From Jimgerdemannia flammicorona (lineage: Eukaryota), in NCBI GenBank assembly GCA_003990765.1, contig RBNJ01000048.1, positions 1 to 47,122 on the forward strand: a DNA stretch of 47,122 bases. Reading direction: 5' to 3'. The notes below the pieces were generated by a model, which was not told the origin of the DNA, did no database searches, and saw only the letters and a list, made by a program, of their open reading frames with translations. Shown one piece after another: positions 34,501 through 47,093 of this stretch; the stretch's first letter is position 1; each line of letters opens with the position of its first letter. The position numbers and the translations under genes were made by a program.

Positions 34501-36782
34501 GCCAAATACTACACCACCTTGGATCTGTTCTCAGGCTTCCATCAGATTGGTCTCACTTAAGATGCCAGTGAGAAATCAACCTTCATCATACCTGACACCA
34601 CCTATATCTACTTGCAAATGCCATTTGGAATATGCAATGCCCCAGTAAGTTTTCAGCAAATGATGAACAGAGTCTTCAGTAATGAGATTGGAAAATAGCT
34701 CTTTATCTATGTTGATGATGTAATCATCTTCAGCAATACTATATAGGAATATATCAATCATATACAGCTAGTCCTCAAGAAGCTCAAGAAGCATGGCCTT
34801 TACTTCAAGCCCAAGAAATATAAGTTTGCAGCTCAAGAAATCGCCTATCTAGGACACCTCATCAACCAGACTAGAATCCATACAGACCTTATGAAGATTG
34901 AGGTTGTTGTAGCCTACCTGAGACCCAGAATAACTACAGAAATCCATGCCTTCCTTAGACTGGTCAGCTACTACAGAAGATTTATCAAAGGATATTTCAA
35001 CATTGTAGTACCTATCTATGAGCTACTGAAGAAGAAAACCAAATTCAAATGGACCAAGAAGTACCAAGAAACCTTCAATGAACTTAAGATCAGGTTGATC
35101 CAAGCACCTATCCTCAGAAGACCAGATTGGAATCTAGAATTCATCCTGCAGACAGATGTAAGTACTATAGGACTTGGAGCAGTCCTAGCTCAGAAAAAAG
35201 ATGGACATGAATATGTCATCTCCTATATAAGCTAAGGTATCTATGGAGTAGAACAGAACTATGAGTCATATAAACTCGAATACTTAGCAGTAGTTTGGAC
35301 AGTAGACAAGTTCCACTACTATCTAGCTGGGAAACACTTCACCATTCAAACAGACCATTCTGCTCTTACCTGGCTATTCCACACTCTGAACCCCAAAGGA
35401 ATATATGCCAGATGAATCTACAGGCTACAAGAGTATGACTGTACTGTCAAGTATCACTCAGAAAGAACCAACACTAATACTGATATACTCTCAAGGACAC
35501 TCTAAAACACCCCCATCAAGACTATTTAATATAAATAAGGAGCTATATTATGGATTAATCAGCTACCTTGGGCAGTGGAAGATGTCCAACCACCTTGAAC
35601 CCTGGACAATTACCATCATCAATCAGACTTGGAAACAGTTTGAACTAGACAACACTATACTCAGAAAAGGAGAAAAGCTAGTAATACCCAAACACAAGAA
35701 GTATCAAGTAATGAAGGAAGTATATGAGCAAGGATACCTAGGAGGAACCAATACATATGATAAGGTAAGAAGAACCATATGGTGGCCCAAGATAGAAGAA
35801 GACCTGTGCCAATTTGTCAAAGAGTGTGACAAGAGTGCCCAAAACAGAAACAAGATCAGCAAGACCAGGCACCTGAGTCATCAAGAATTGAGCCTATCCC
35901 CTTCCACCACATCATAATAGATATCATTGGGCCACTATCAGTGATACTATCAGGAAACTACTACATCATAGTTATTGTAGATCTCTTTACCAAATAGATA
36001 GAAGCAGGAGCATTACAAGAAGCCAATGCCCTCTCTATAGCTGACTTCCTACACCAAGAAATCATCTGCTACTACAAAACACCAAAGCAAATCACAACAG
36101 ACTGTAGTACAGAATTTGTCAATAGATTCCATGAGATAATATATCAGAAATATAAGATCCAGCACATCAAGACCACTACATACCACCCTCTAGGAAATAG
36201 ACAGACAGAGAGAACCAACAAGACCCTCAAGAACATCCTGACAAAGATCTTAGAGACATATGAGAATTGGGATAATTATCTCCCAACTGCTCTCTCTGTC
36301 CTATGAGATATATAGTTATAGAGCACACACTTTACCCCAAGGGAACTGCTCTTCAGAGAAGAAGATTCTGATGGAACCTTAGCTATAAATCTAGACCTAA
36401 CTTGGAGATAGGTTGATGCAGAAATCTGGAGACTACACCAAATCAGAAAGAAGGTTGAAGATTACATCATCAAGTCATAGATACTGATAAGGAAGAATGT
36501 GGAAAAGAATCACAAGACTCTAGAACTCATCCAAATTGGAGAAAAGGTCCTACTATATTTAAATATGATAGAAGCCTCATAGTTGCGAAAACTGGAGTCT
36601 AAATGGAAAGGACTCTTCTATGTGCAAGATATCAAAAAAAAACTACCTTCTGGTTTAGAAAAATCTCAGAGACCATACTGCCTACCACAGTATATAGGAA
36701 CAGACTCAAGAAGTACTATGAACCTATACAAGAGAAGCAAAATGTGATGACCACCCATGAGGTTCTAGTCTATGAATCATAA
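31540..36782 (+). pseudogene. gag-pol: Gypsy-A2 gag-pol polyprotein, inactivated by stops and frameshifts
   Basis: Zn knuckle FRCREEGHYAKNC, protease IINISAGG, RT SPWASSIVLAPKK / RLCIDYRKLN / MPFGICNAP / YVDD (34708-34719), RNase H LQTDVSTIGLGAVLAQ, integrase core and a GPY/F-like KWKGLFYV. No chromodomain. Confidence 0.93.
33608..34018 (+). other. dut: dUTPase domain between protease and RT, with no internal stop
   Basis: All five trimeric dUTPase motifs are visible: AIGMDL, RSSLA, GVIDPDYTGEI, DRIGQ and EQGFGSTG. Confidence 0.93.
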
Positions 36783-36793
36783 CAGTATATCCC

Positions 36794-37054
36794 ATGACCA
36801 GCAGGCTATCTGTCTAGACTATTCTCTAAGAAATATGGCACCAGCAACTACTCATCTATGAGACTTTCAAAGCCAGAGGAGTTTGAACCATCAACTGATT
36901 GGTCAAGATCAGAATCAGGCCCTTGCTTTATATAAAGGGAGCAACTCTTTACCATCATGCCAAAATACAAAGAGAAGACACTAGTCCATAAATACCACTT
37001 TTTGACCCCTTGCCAGAGGTTATGAGATCAGCAAATTTTTCAGGACTAGACTAA
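36794..37054 (+). pseudogene. Small ORF3 (87 codons including the stop) between the pol stop and the PPT, reconstructed
   Basis: ATG lies 11 nt after the pol stop. The five internal stops are each single transitions from TGG/CAA/CGA, and the other copy has sense codons at two of them. Confidence 0.55.
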
Positions 37055-37096
37055 TGAATAAGGATGCTCAAGAAGATCCCTTATTTAGGAGGAAGA

Positions 37097-38639
37097 TGTA
37101 ATAGTGACCCCAGAATGATGACATCAGCACAGGAGACAGTCTTTCCTTACAAGCCACCAGATCAGAGCACAAGAAGATCATATGGCATATGAGATGAGCA
37201 ATGATGACCAACTATGAGTCATTATGACCATAGTTCAGATATCTTGAGGAATATAAAAGAAGGATCAAGAAACTGCAGTAGTAGCAACCAATAAGACCCA
37301 CTAATCCCAAAATAGCTCAAAGACTTACCATAAACAAAATGCCTGCTGCTCACCAAACCTTAAGGTCAAGGAATTACCAAGGCATCTCAGTCAAAGAAAG
37401 GATGTTCCAAGACATCAGAAGAGCCATGAGGACCTACTCAAGAAGGACTCCTAGTGTCAACCTAGGTACTGCAGATCCTTATCAGTTTATCCTCTATTAC
37501 TATAAAATGGAAACAAGGATCACTATTACTACTGAATGTCTCCAAATGTGACAGGAGTATAAAATAGAAAACCTCCTCTATCAGAAGTTCCCACAGACCA
37601 GCACTCAAGAGCTATAAGATATCACTCTCATAGATATATGTAAAACAAGAACAGCTAAGAAGATCTATCAGATCTTCAGGCATACACCATGATTGATCCC
37701 CAACTTGGAGTATGTTAGAGTCTCAGATTTCAGAGACCTGTCATCTCACCATATTAATGTACTAGAAGCCAGGGTGGCTACAGAGGCCCAGTCTACTATC
37801 ACCCTCAATAGTGATGAAGTAGAAGACTTCTGGCATTCCATTCTCCAGAATAACTCAGATCAATTCCTGCAAGGATTGATCTCAGTATTTCAAGGCCCAA
37901 GCATCTAGATTAGACCTCCCCAAGATCCCACATTTATTCTTTATTTTGTGGAAGAGAATCTATAGACTGGAGAGCTCCAGATCTTCTTGTTCCTGCTACC
38001 GCCACTGCTAAACATGATGACATCGTCAGTGATAACATCATCCCACATGATATTGAAGTATGTGAAATACACAACCTATGTGATGATGATGAATTCATGG
38101 ACCTCATCTCCTTTGAAGACATTCTGACCTCTGATGATGAAGCTCCTATAGTCTTGAACATTCTGCTCTAAGTCCCTTGGTTATACTGAATAATACTAGT
38201 ACCAGCATTTTGATATAATACTGAATAATGCCAGTACTGGTATTTTGATATAACACTGAATTATATCAGTATCCTGAACCTCTACAACCATCAGTGCTGA
38301 CCCTGGAACTTAATAGTTTTTCCTATCCCAGCATTTTATTTTAGTTATTGGAATTTATATTTAACTTTATATCTTAGCAACTATTGAATTATATTTTATA
38401 TAAATACTCCTCTTATTTCTTCTGAAATAAAGTCAGTTAACTTAGTACAATATATATACTTCCTTGCAAGCAATCTAAGAGATAATAAAACAGTTTAAAA
38501 GATAAGAAGTTTGAGGACTATAAGACCTTGGAAAGGCACTCCAATAAGAACTTACTTATAACAAACTTGAGTTAGTCTAAGAGATACACCTTGAAGAGAA
38601 TCTGATATATTTGAAGAACTCAGTGACCACTACATAACA
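37097..38639 (+). repeat. Gypsy-A2 3' LTR (1543 bp), with a disrupted LTR-ORF copy at 37339-38171
   Basis: Follows the PPT AGGAGGAAGA. It is 36 bp shorter than the 5' LTR, accounted for by one 35-bp unit plus a 1-bp deletion in the ORF. Confidence 0.93.
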
Positions 38640-40108
38640 CTATATAGCATTAAGCAAGCAATACAACTATGGAATAAAAGAATCAATAAGCATCTACTTG
38701 ATAATAGATTCATATATTATGAAGTGGATAATTGTATATATATCTAGTATTATAATGATAGTATAGTATTCATTAATATATAGATTGATAACATTATTAT
38801 CATTATCAGCAAGAATAGACTTAATAGAATTAAAAAAGCTCTATGCTGAGAATTCAAGATGACTAATATGGGCAATATATGCTTCCTTTTAGAGATATCT
38901 ATTATATATGACAGAAATATACATACTATATATATATCTCTTATAAGAAAATTACACTAAAGTCATTCTCAAATGCTTTAATATGAGTGAATACAAGCCT
39001 GTTAGCACTCCAATGGAGACTTCTGTGAAATTAAGAAAGCCCAACAATATGTTCAAAGATAATGATAATATACCACCAAGAGTACTGCCACCAATATTCC
39101 CTATAGACAAGTAGTTGGTTTTCTTATATATCTTATACTTGGAATGAGGCCCAACATATCCTATATTGTCAATAAAGTAGTACAGTATTGCTCATACTAT
39201 GACAACTTGTACTGGTTGGCAATCAAGAGGATTTTCAGATATTTAAAGAGATCAGCATAATATATACTCACATGGATAATAATATTGGATTGAGTAGAAG
39301 TAATGGTAAGAGTAATAGTATTCAGCTATCTAGTGTATATAATGCTGATTGGGCTGAAGACTTGGATGACTACCAGTCTATAATCAGATATCTCTTTCAC
39401 ATTAGTGAAAATAACAAAGGAGTTATCTTATAGCAAATATATAAGCAATTATTTTTAGTAATATCATCAATATAGGTAGAGTACCAGATATTGTCATTGG
39501 TAACAAAGAAAGTTATTTGACTCCATAAGCTTTTAAAAGAACTCAGATTTACTCAGAAAAGTACTATTCTATACTAGGATAATCAGTCTATAATTGTACT
39601 TACTAAGAATCCAGTATATTATAGCAGAATAAAACATATTGATATATAGTATTATTTTATATATGAATATATAGAAAATAGTGCTATATACTTAGAATAT
39701 ATCTCCACAGAGTGTATAGTTGCAGACTCATTGACCAAAGTCCTTCCAAAGCTAAAGTTCAAGCAATATACTAAAAAAATAGGTCTTATAAGCTATATAC
39801 TAGTATTTGATTGATTATAAGACATTTTTAGACTGTTAAAGCCTCTCATACTATATATATATTGGTTATATCTCACATCTTATCTGGAGGATTATATATA
39901 TTATATTCTCCATGTACTTCATCTATAGATATTTTGGATATTTTGAGTATATTTCAGAATACTTTTCAACCTATAAAAATTTCTTAAATATAGAATTTTA
40001 TATAGTAAATTGGGTTGTATATATTTCTAATTTTATATATATTATGTATTATTTTTATTCTAGTTTACATTCTCTATTTTTTTTATTATATATCTTATTA
40101 AGTAAAAG

Positions 40109-40235
40109 TATTAGGATATCAACTTGATATGTTAGTATATAACCTTATATTATATCATTAGATTTATATCATTTATCAGTAAAACATAAAATATATAACC
40201 TATACAACTTCAATAAAATGTCTCTCTTTACAACA
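40109..40235 (+). repeat. Copia-2 3' LTR
   Basis: Ends in CAACA followed by the TSD CTTTC, and is preceded by a decayed purine tract. Confidence 0.85.
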
Positions 40236-43200
40236 CTTTCTCCTAAAAGAAAAGTTGTCATCTACAAGGCCCAACTCAGAGAACCAGCCAAAGGAATTTT
40301 CACTTAAGCAAGAAATGACCTAAACTCAGACCTTAGAGTAGCCATCAATATAGTACCAACTTGACTAGCAAAGTATGAAGCCATGACCCATTGGTTCATT
40401 GAGAAGTATACAGGAAATGAGACCCACTATAAGGCTCAAAAATTTATCATAGGAATGAAGATAAATCTTAGAGAATTACCTAGAGCCTTCTTTATAAGAA
40501 TTCAAAAGAGAATGTATGCTACTGGATTCAATGCCGCCAATTAAGACATCATAGATTCAATGATCTTCATGAATGAAATTCTTCCAAACATTACTCAGTA
40601 TATCTATATCTTAGACATCAGAAGGTCTGATGAACAAGTAGATATAGCCCCAGGATATTTTGATATCTGACAAGGAACTATCTGGAGCAATTATAATAAG
40701 AAAGATGATAAAGAAGACATCCTGGTCAAAGCTCTACAAGAACTCCGTTAAGGATAGGAAAGATTTGAAGAAAGAAAGTTAGCTAAAGAATAGAAGAAAG
40801 ATAGGAGTAAAATTCAAGACCTTAGTTCCAAGTTGGATCAATTGGTTAGACAGATTGAAAAACTCACTATATAGGAAAATTGATACTACCCACAAGACAA
40901 CAGAGGATATATACTACAAAGAAATCAAGGTTATCTCCCTAGAGATAACAGGAGCTATCAGCAAGAAGAAGATATTCTATCTAAGACAGAGCTCAAGTCT
41001 AGTGCTTTTACTATGGACAATTCAGACACTATGCTACTGAATGTAATAATAAAAGAAGTGATCAAAGAGATACAGAACTATCAAATTGAAGGAATAAAAC
41101 CCAGTACAAGAAGACTGAGGCCCATTCTGTTGAAGACTTTGAAGAGAAAAACAACAGTGAAGACTACAGTAACCTAAACTTATATATAGTCAAAGTCACC
41201 ATTAGAAAGACAGTCTATTTAGCAGAGAAAGAGAAGAGACCTATAGAAAGACCATCCAGGAATATCAATAGAAGAATTCAGAAGAAAAATGAAGAACATA
41301 AAGAGGAGTAAGTAGAAGTATCTTTCTGGTCTTCTTTATCTTTTATTCCTGAAACAAATGAGCTACCTTCAGAAAATGAAGAAATGAAATAAGAGAAACA
41401 AGAACCTGTGACTCTGAAGCCTAAGAAGAAGTACATCCCAAAGACCATACTCTGAGATATCTACAATAAAGCCTGGTAAAAGATTTAAGAAGTCAAGATG
41501 GAAGTCTCTCTCCTGTAGTTTCTGCAACTGATACCAGCTAGAGTTCAAAATAAATTAGGAAGAACCACCAGGTCTAGCACTGGTCAAGTCTCAATCTCAT
41601 AGTAAGAACTAGCTCCTATCTCTATTCAAGCTGCAGAGAGATATGTCAGTACTTATCTATATAGAGATATTGGAGGACAAAAGACAAAAATCCTCATAGA
41701 CTAGAAGTAACTATATATGGTATTATTAAATGATTTCTAGATACCCTCTAATGGCCTATTGATGGACTATCTAACCTCAGTATCATAGTAGCAGATGAAG
41801 CCTAAACTCAACCCCTTGGAGAAGTGTGAAACATTACCATCTCTTTGAGATACATTTAGTTCTCTCTTCTGAAAGCTGTTATTACTGAAGCTGTTACTTA
41901 TGATATGATTCTTGATACCAACTGGATACAGGAAATGAATACAGTTGTTAATATTGGTCAACAAGTACTCAAGTTTGATTACTGAGATAAAAAGTATAAA
42001 GTTAAGATAACTAGCTATGAGCAATCAAAGAAGAAGAAGAAGGTCACCATCCAGAAAGAATATGCCAGTAGTGAAGAATCTACTACAGAAGAAGAGGAAG
42101 AATCCAAAGATAGAAATGATCCCAGACTCAATCCCCAAATCAACCTAGTAGATGACAGGCCAGAAGACAATATATAGGCCAGAAATACTATCCCTATCAC
42201 CATTGGAGCTATTGCGGGATAGATCAAAGAATGTCCCACCTGTCTCAAAAGATACAAGTGTCCCAAACACTCATCTAAGAACATTAGAATAAGGAATTTG
42301 CCTGGTACAGTCTGCTCTGAGTGTAGAAGAAAGAAGAAGAAATACAGATAAATTTCAGAAATATCTGTAGCCAAAGCTGCAGAAGTATAAGCAATCTGGA
42401 GTCAAGAATCATCTGAGAAAGAAGAAACTCCTGAATAGGAGGTTCCTAAACAAGAAGTACCTGAAGAAGGGGAGATTCCCAAACTCATTCCCTAGGATGA
42501 TCCTTACTGGACACCATCTAAAAATAATAACCCTTGAAATACTGAAGAAGGACTCAGTATAATTTCCATTATCTCAAAATAAGAAATATATCAAGAAAAA
42601 GTCTTTTGGCTAGAAAGATATCTACATCAAATAGTCTTTCACTCTTCTTGAGATTACTACTACTAGTGCTATCTACTAGATCAACAAGAAAGACAGAGAC
42701 CCCAAAGGCTAGAACTCTTAACTATAATTATATAATCAACTACCTTCTAAGAAGTCACTACAAGGTTGTATAGTCAATTTAGAGGATAAGATTTCTTTAC
42801 TCAAACAGAAGTATATCTCTTAGCCACCCTTCCTCCAACTTATGACTAATTCCCAAGACAATAGAAGATTAATGGCTGAGAATAGTATTTTTGAGCAATG
42901 GGATATTACAACCATAGAAGACACCCAGACTACTGAGATTACAGATACCAGAAGATTTACCTCAGTTAGGATATTGTAGTCTACATTCTAAAAAGAGAAG
43001 ACAACAGAACTCAGATCTAAAAAAGCCAGACTAAGAAACTAGAAAGAAGGATTCTTAAAATCTAAAATTTGAGAGAAGACATCCTAGCTCTCATCAGATA
43101 TACAACTTATTGAGAATTGGTAGAAGATATCAAAAATTTTATAGAAGCTCTAGATATTATAGTAAAAAGAGGAATAAATTATCTCTAAGATCTCTCTACT

Positions 43201-43309
43201 GAAGCCAGATAGCTACACCTCAATCTCAGAGCTTGGAGACTTCCTGCCAGTAGAGCTTCAATCTAAGAACAGCCTGAAATCAGTCAAGAATGTTGCCCAG
43301 TATGTTCAG

Positions 43310-43700
43310 CTATATCCTAAGATCAAACCCACAACTAAAGCTCACTGAGAAGATATAGGGTATGATCTCTACAGTCTGGAGGATGAACTTATTAAGCCTA
43401 GAAGAACATTGGTATTCAGAACTAGACTAGTTATATAGTCATCTAAAGGAATCTACATCCAACTGACCTCAAGGTCTGGACTTACCAGATAAGGAGTAAC
43501 TGTAGAAGGAGAAACCATTGACCCAGAATATATAGGCAAAATTAAATCATCTTACACAATAGTAGTACAGAATAGTACTGAATTCTTAAAGGATAGAAGA
43601 TTGCTCAAGCAGTCTTCATAAAAGTCAAGACCCTCCAATTACAAGAAGTCTCCAAACTGACTGAAAGAACAAGGCAAGCTGAAGGATTTGGAAGCTTAGA
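43310..43700 (+). pseudogene. dut: Gypsy-B dUTPase domain, degenerate
   Basis: IGYDLYS, SRSGL, GETIDPEYIGKI, KIAQAVF and RQAEGFGSL, with stops and a frameshift. Confidence 0.85.
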
Positions 43701-44034
43701 TAAGAAGGAAGTATATCTCCTACAGGTTAACTAATCCAAGAAGAATGCTCCCCAGTAAGTATATTGCCAATCAGTCAAACTATACAAGAATCTCATCCTG
43801 GAGCCTAGAGAGCAAGCCACCTTTGAAATCTTTGCACCACCTGACCCCAGGAATCTCTTCTTTAAACCTAATAAAGATATCCCAAATCTGAGTATTGAAG
43901 GACACATACCCTGACAAGATGGATCCAGTATACTTCTAAGCAACCAACTAGAGCTAAGAATGTATCATCTTATCAAAAGGAATTATCATTGAATATTTGG
44001 TATCTTTTTATAATTCTATACTCACTATATCACT

Positions 44035-45270
44035 AGTAATATCCAGGTTTCTCTCTGTCTCCAGTTCATCTGCTTCTCCCTGCTGAGCCTTCAATGTCTC
44101 CAAGATCTCCTAATAATCCACACCATCCACAGCCTCTATCTCCATACAATACTCCTTGCACACTACCTGCCACTTTGCCAGACCTTTTCTTGAGTCTCAT
44201 ATATAAGCAGCTCTATCATTTGCAATTGCCTGAAGTGCTGCCTCCTTATTATCATTAATCTGATATGCCTCAGCCTCTAACAATATCACTATTATCTTAT
44301 TCTAGAGTTTTCATAGTACCTTCTTACTATATAAGATTTTACCCCAATGTCTCTCACTCAGTACCTAGAAGTCCTCTCTTCCCAGCTTCTTAGCTGCCAT
44401 ATTCTCAAGTATTTTCACAGCCATTTCTCCTTGACCTCAGTCTCTACCATTTCCTAGACCACTCTCTTCTCCTCTTTCACCTGTCTGCTCTCTGCATTCC
44501 TCCTCACCAACTCATCCCAATCCTCCTCCCACACATCCTGCAATTCATCATTATCTCTACTCATACTGGACACCTCATACTGAGGGCACTCCCCCTCCAC
44601 CATCTTGGTATCTTTCACAATGATACTCAGTTCTGCACCTTCTCTCCCTTCTGGAGTCCCCTCAGATGCTACTTTCTTCTCTTCTGCTCAGACACTTACC
44701 TTTGATCCCACTTCTCTAGTAGTGATCCCTCTGACTGCTCTCCCTTTCAACTTAGTCAGCAGATCCTTCTGAATGTGCCTCCTCTGTGCTCTCTTCTAGG
44801 CTGTCTGATTTAGCTACACCTTTTTACCATTTATAATTTCTATAACCATCTTAGCCTCATACTCCTTCTAGGCCAATCTCCTCCTTTCTATAGCTCTAGC
44901 CAAATCCTCCAATATCTCCAGTAAGTCCTCTTCTTCCTCCAGCATATCTTTCACTCTTGAGACTTTATACTCCACAGGTCTCTACCTAAGAACTGCCAGT
45001 CCCTTGCCTTCTCTATATTTTCCTTACTCACTAGCTATACTCTAATGTCTATATCTTCTGTTCTGAATTCTGTACCCTCCTAAACCTGAAATCTAATATC
45101 TATAATCTCTCTATACTTCTTGATAGTCTCTACAATCAACCCCTTTGCCATTTTCTTTAATACTGTAAGAACATCCAGTACTATCAGCTGTACCACTCAG
45201 GGGTCTCAGTATAAGCACTGGGCTATGAGAATTGCCACCTTCTCTACTACTACTCTCTTCTTCATTACTT
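44035..45270 (-). pseudogene. Unidentified E/K-rich coding remnant within CpG-depleted repeat DNA
   Basis: Strong purine skew on the minus strand and protein-like reading with scattered stops (EAALQAIANDRAAY..GLAKWQVVCKEYCMEIEAVDG). Confidence 0.4.
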
Positions 45271-45427
45271 CCAATAATAAATTATATATATTAATTATAT
45301 TTATTTTATATATCAATTATATTTATTTTATATATCAATTATATTTTATTTTATATACTAATATAATTATATTAAGTATTTTTAATAAATAAACTTACAA
45401 TTAGTGTGAATAATAAGTAGATATAAA

Positions 45428-45655
45428 TGGCCTCAAATGGCAGCCTTGAGTAGCCTTGAGTGGTCTTGAATAGTGGTCTTGAATAGTGGCCTTAAGCAAT
45501 AGCTTAAGTGGCTTGAATTTTTGGTTTGAGTTTTTGGCTTGAGTTTTTGGCTTGAGCAGTTTGAATTTTTGGCTTACGTGGCTTAAGTTTTAGGCTTGAG
45601 TAGCTTGGCTTGAGTAGCTTGAGTAGTTTAAGCAGCTTGATGAAAACTGGCTTAT
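45428..45655 (+). repeat. Degenerate GGCTTGAG/GCCTTGAG short-motif array
   Basis: Repeated GGCTTGAG, GGCTTAAG, GCCTTGAG and AGCTTGAG motifs separated by short T-rich spacers. Confidence 0.75.
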
Positions 45656-45857
45656 AATTAATTATTCTTTAAAGTCAAGATTGTGACTGGCCTTAAATTT
45701 AAAGCCAAAAAGTCAAAATTTGACTTTAAAAATAAGTCAGTCTAAATAAAATTTGATGCTTAAACTGCTTATTAAATTATTATTTATTTATTTTTTTATT
45801 TATTTATTTATTTTAAAAAATAAAATAAAATAAAATAAAAGTAAAAAGTATTAGCTA

Positions 45858-47093
45858 TTAAGTTTCTCTTTACCAAGTTCTCTTCTGTTGAGTTTCTCTC
45901 AACTAAGTTCCTCTCTGCCAAATTTCTCTCCACTGAGTTCATCTCCATCAGTTCTCCTCTGCCAAGTTCCTCTTTCTATACTTAGTTCATCTTTACCAAG
46001 TTCTTCTCTGTCAAATTCCCCTCACTTTATCAAGTTTACCTCTGCTGAGTTTCTCTCTACTAAGTTCTCTACCAAGTTCTCCTCTACTAAGTTCTCTGCT
46101 GAGTTCCCCTCTACTGAGTTTTCTGCCAAGTTATTCTCTACTGAGTTCTTCTCTATCAGTTCTCCTCTGCCAAGTTCCTCTTCTGAGTTCTTATTCCAAA
46201 TTCTCCTCTACTGAGTTTCTCTTTGTCAAGCTCTCCTCTCTCTACCAAGTTCCCCTCTCTTTGCTGAGTTTGGCCAAGTTTCTCTCTGCTGAGTTCCTCT
46301 CTGCCAAGTTCCCCTCTATCAAGTTTCTCTCTGTCAAGTTCCTCTCTACTGAGTTCCTCTTTACTGAGTTTCTCTCTGCTGAGTTCTTCTTTACTGAGTT
46401 CCCCTCTACCAAGTTTATCTCTACTAAGCTCTCCTTTCTCTACTAAGTTTACCTCTACTGAGTTCCCCTCTGATTTCTCTCTGCCAAGTTCTCCTCTCAA
46501 ATTCTCATCCTAAATTTCTCTCTGCTGAATTTCTCTTTGTCAAGTTTCCCTCTCTCTGTTGAGTTCTACTGAGCTCCTCTCTGCCAAGTTCCTCTCTGCT
46601 AAGTTCTTCTCCACTGAGTTTCCTTTTGCTGAGTTCTCCTCTGCTAAGTTTCTCTCTACTGAGTTCATCTCTACTGAGCTCCCCTCTGCTGAGTTTCCCT
46701 TCTCTCCACTGAGTTTACCTCCACTAAGTTCTCCTCTACTGAGTTTCTCTCTGCCAAGCTCCCCTCCCCTCCACTGAGTTCATCTCTCCTCTACTGAGTT
46801 CCCCCCCCACTGAGTTCACCTCTACTGAGTTCTACTCTACTAAGTTCCCCTCTACCAGTTCTCCTCCACTAAGTTCCCCTCTTAAGTTCTTATCTCAAAT
46901 TTTCATCTACTAAGTTGCTCTTTGTCAAGTTTCCTTCTCTCTGCTAAATTTCTCTCTACTGAGTTCCTCTCTCTTTGCTGAGTTCCTCTTTACTGAGTTC
47001 TCCTCTGCTGAGTTCCCCTCTACCAAGTTATTCTCTGCTGAGTTTCCCTCTACCAAGTTCTCCTCTGCTGAGTTCTCCTCAATCAAGTTTCTC
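45858..47093 (+). repeat. ~15-bp-unit minisatellite (CTGAG/CCAAG/CTAAG-TTYYYCTCTR), ~1.2 kb, followed by a poly-T run
   Basis: Dozens of tandem imperfect copies, for example CTGAGTTCCTCTCTG and CCAAGTTCCCCTCTA. Confidence 0.9.

Larger units (their letters stand above)
29835..38639 (+). mobile_element. Gypsy-A copy 2: full-length Ty3/gypsy element (8805 bp) with dUTPase and ORF-bearing LTRs
   Basis: TG...CA LTRs at 29835-31413 and 37097-38639, PBS 31417-31433, PPT 37087-37096, TSD CTAT at 29831-29834 and 38640-38643. Removing the element and one TSD restores the Copia RT frame KRLYSIKQA. Confidence 0.95.
26321..40235 (+). mobile_element. Copia-2: full-length degenerate Ty1/copia element interrupted in RT by Gypsy-A2
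   Basis: 127-bp LTRs at 26321-26447 and 40109-40235, 5-bp TSD CTTTC at 26316-26320 and 40236-40240, PBS GTTTATGAGCTC 26450-26461. Motifs: protease LIDSGAT, RT IYQIDIKTVFLN and RLYKRL|YSIKQA, RNase H NADWAED and ADSLTKVL. Confidence 0.92.
24454..44030 (+). mobile_element. Gypsy-B: a second dUTPase-bearing Ty3/gypsy-like family, split by Copia-2 (pieces 24454-26320 and 40241-~44030) and truncated before RT
   Basis: Starts with TG where Copia-3 homology stops. Gag-like FAGYTEEDSREFL before the Copia-2 TSD continues as VIYKAQLREPAK after it. Protease remnant at ~41670-42000 and dUTPase at ~43310-43700. The putative LTR 24454-25528 is tentative because it has no partner. Confidence 0.7.

Noticed and set aside
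36600-36782. Chromodomain at the integrase C-terminus
   Set aside because: Only a GPY/F-like segment and a short tail precede the stop, with no chromodomain aromatic pattern.
45888-46777. ORFs of 61-114 aa with STEF/GELSRE periodicity
   Set aside because: Translation artefacts of the 15-bp minisatellite.
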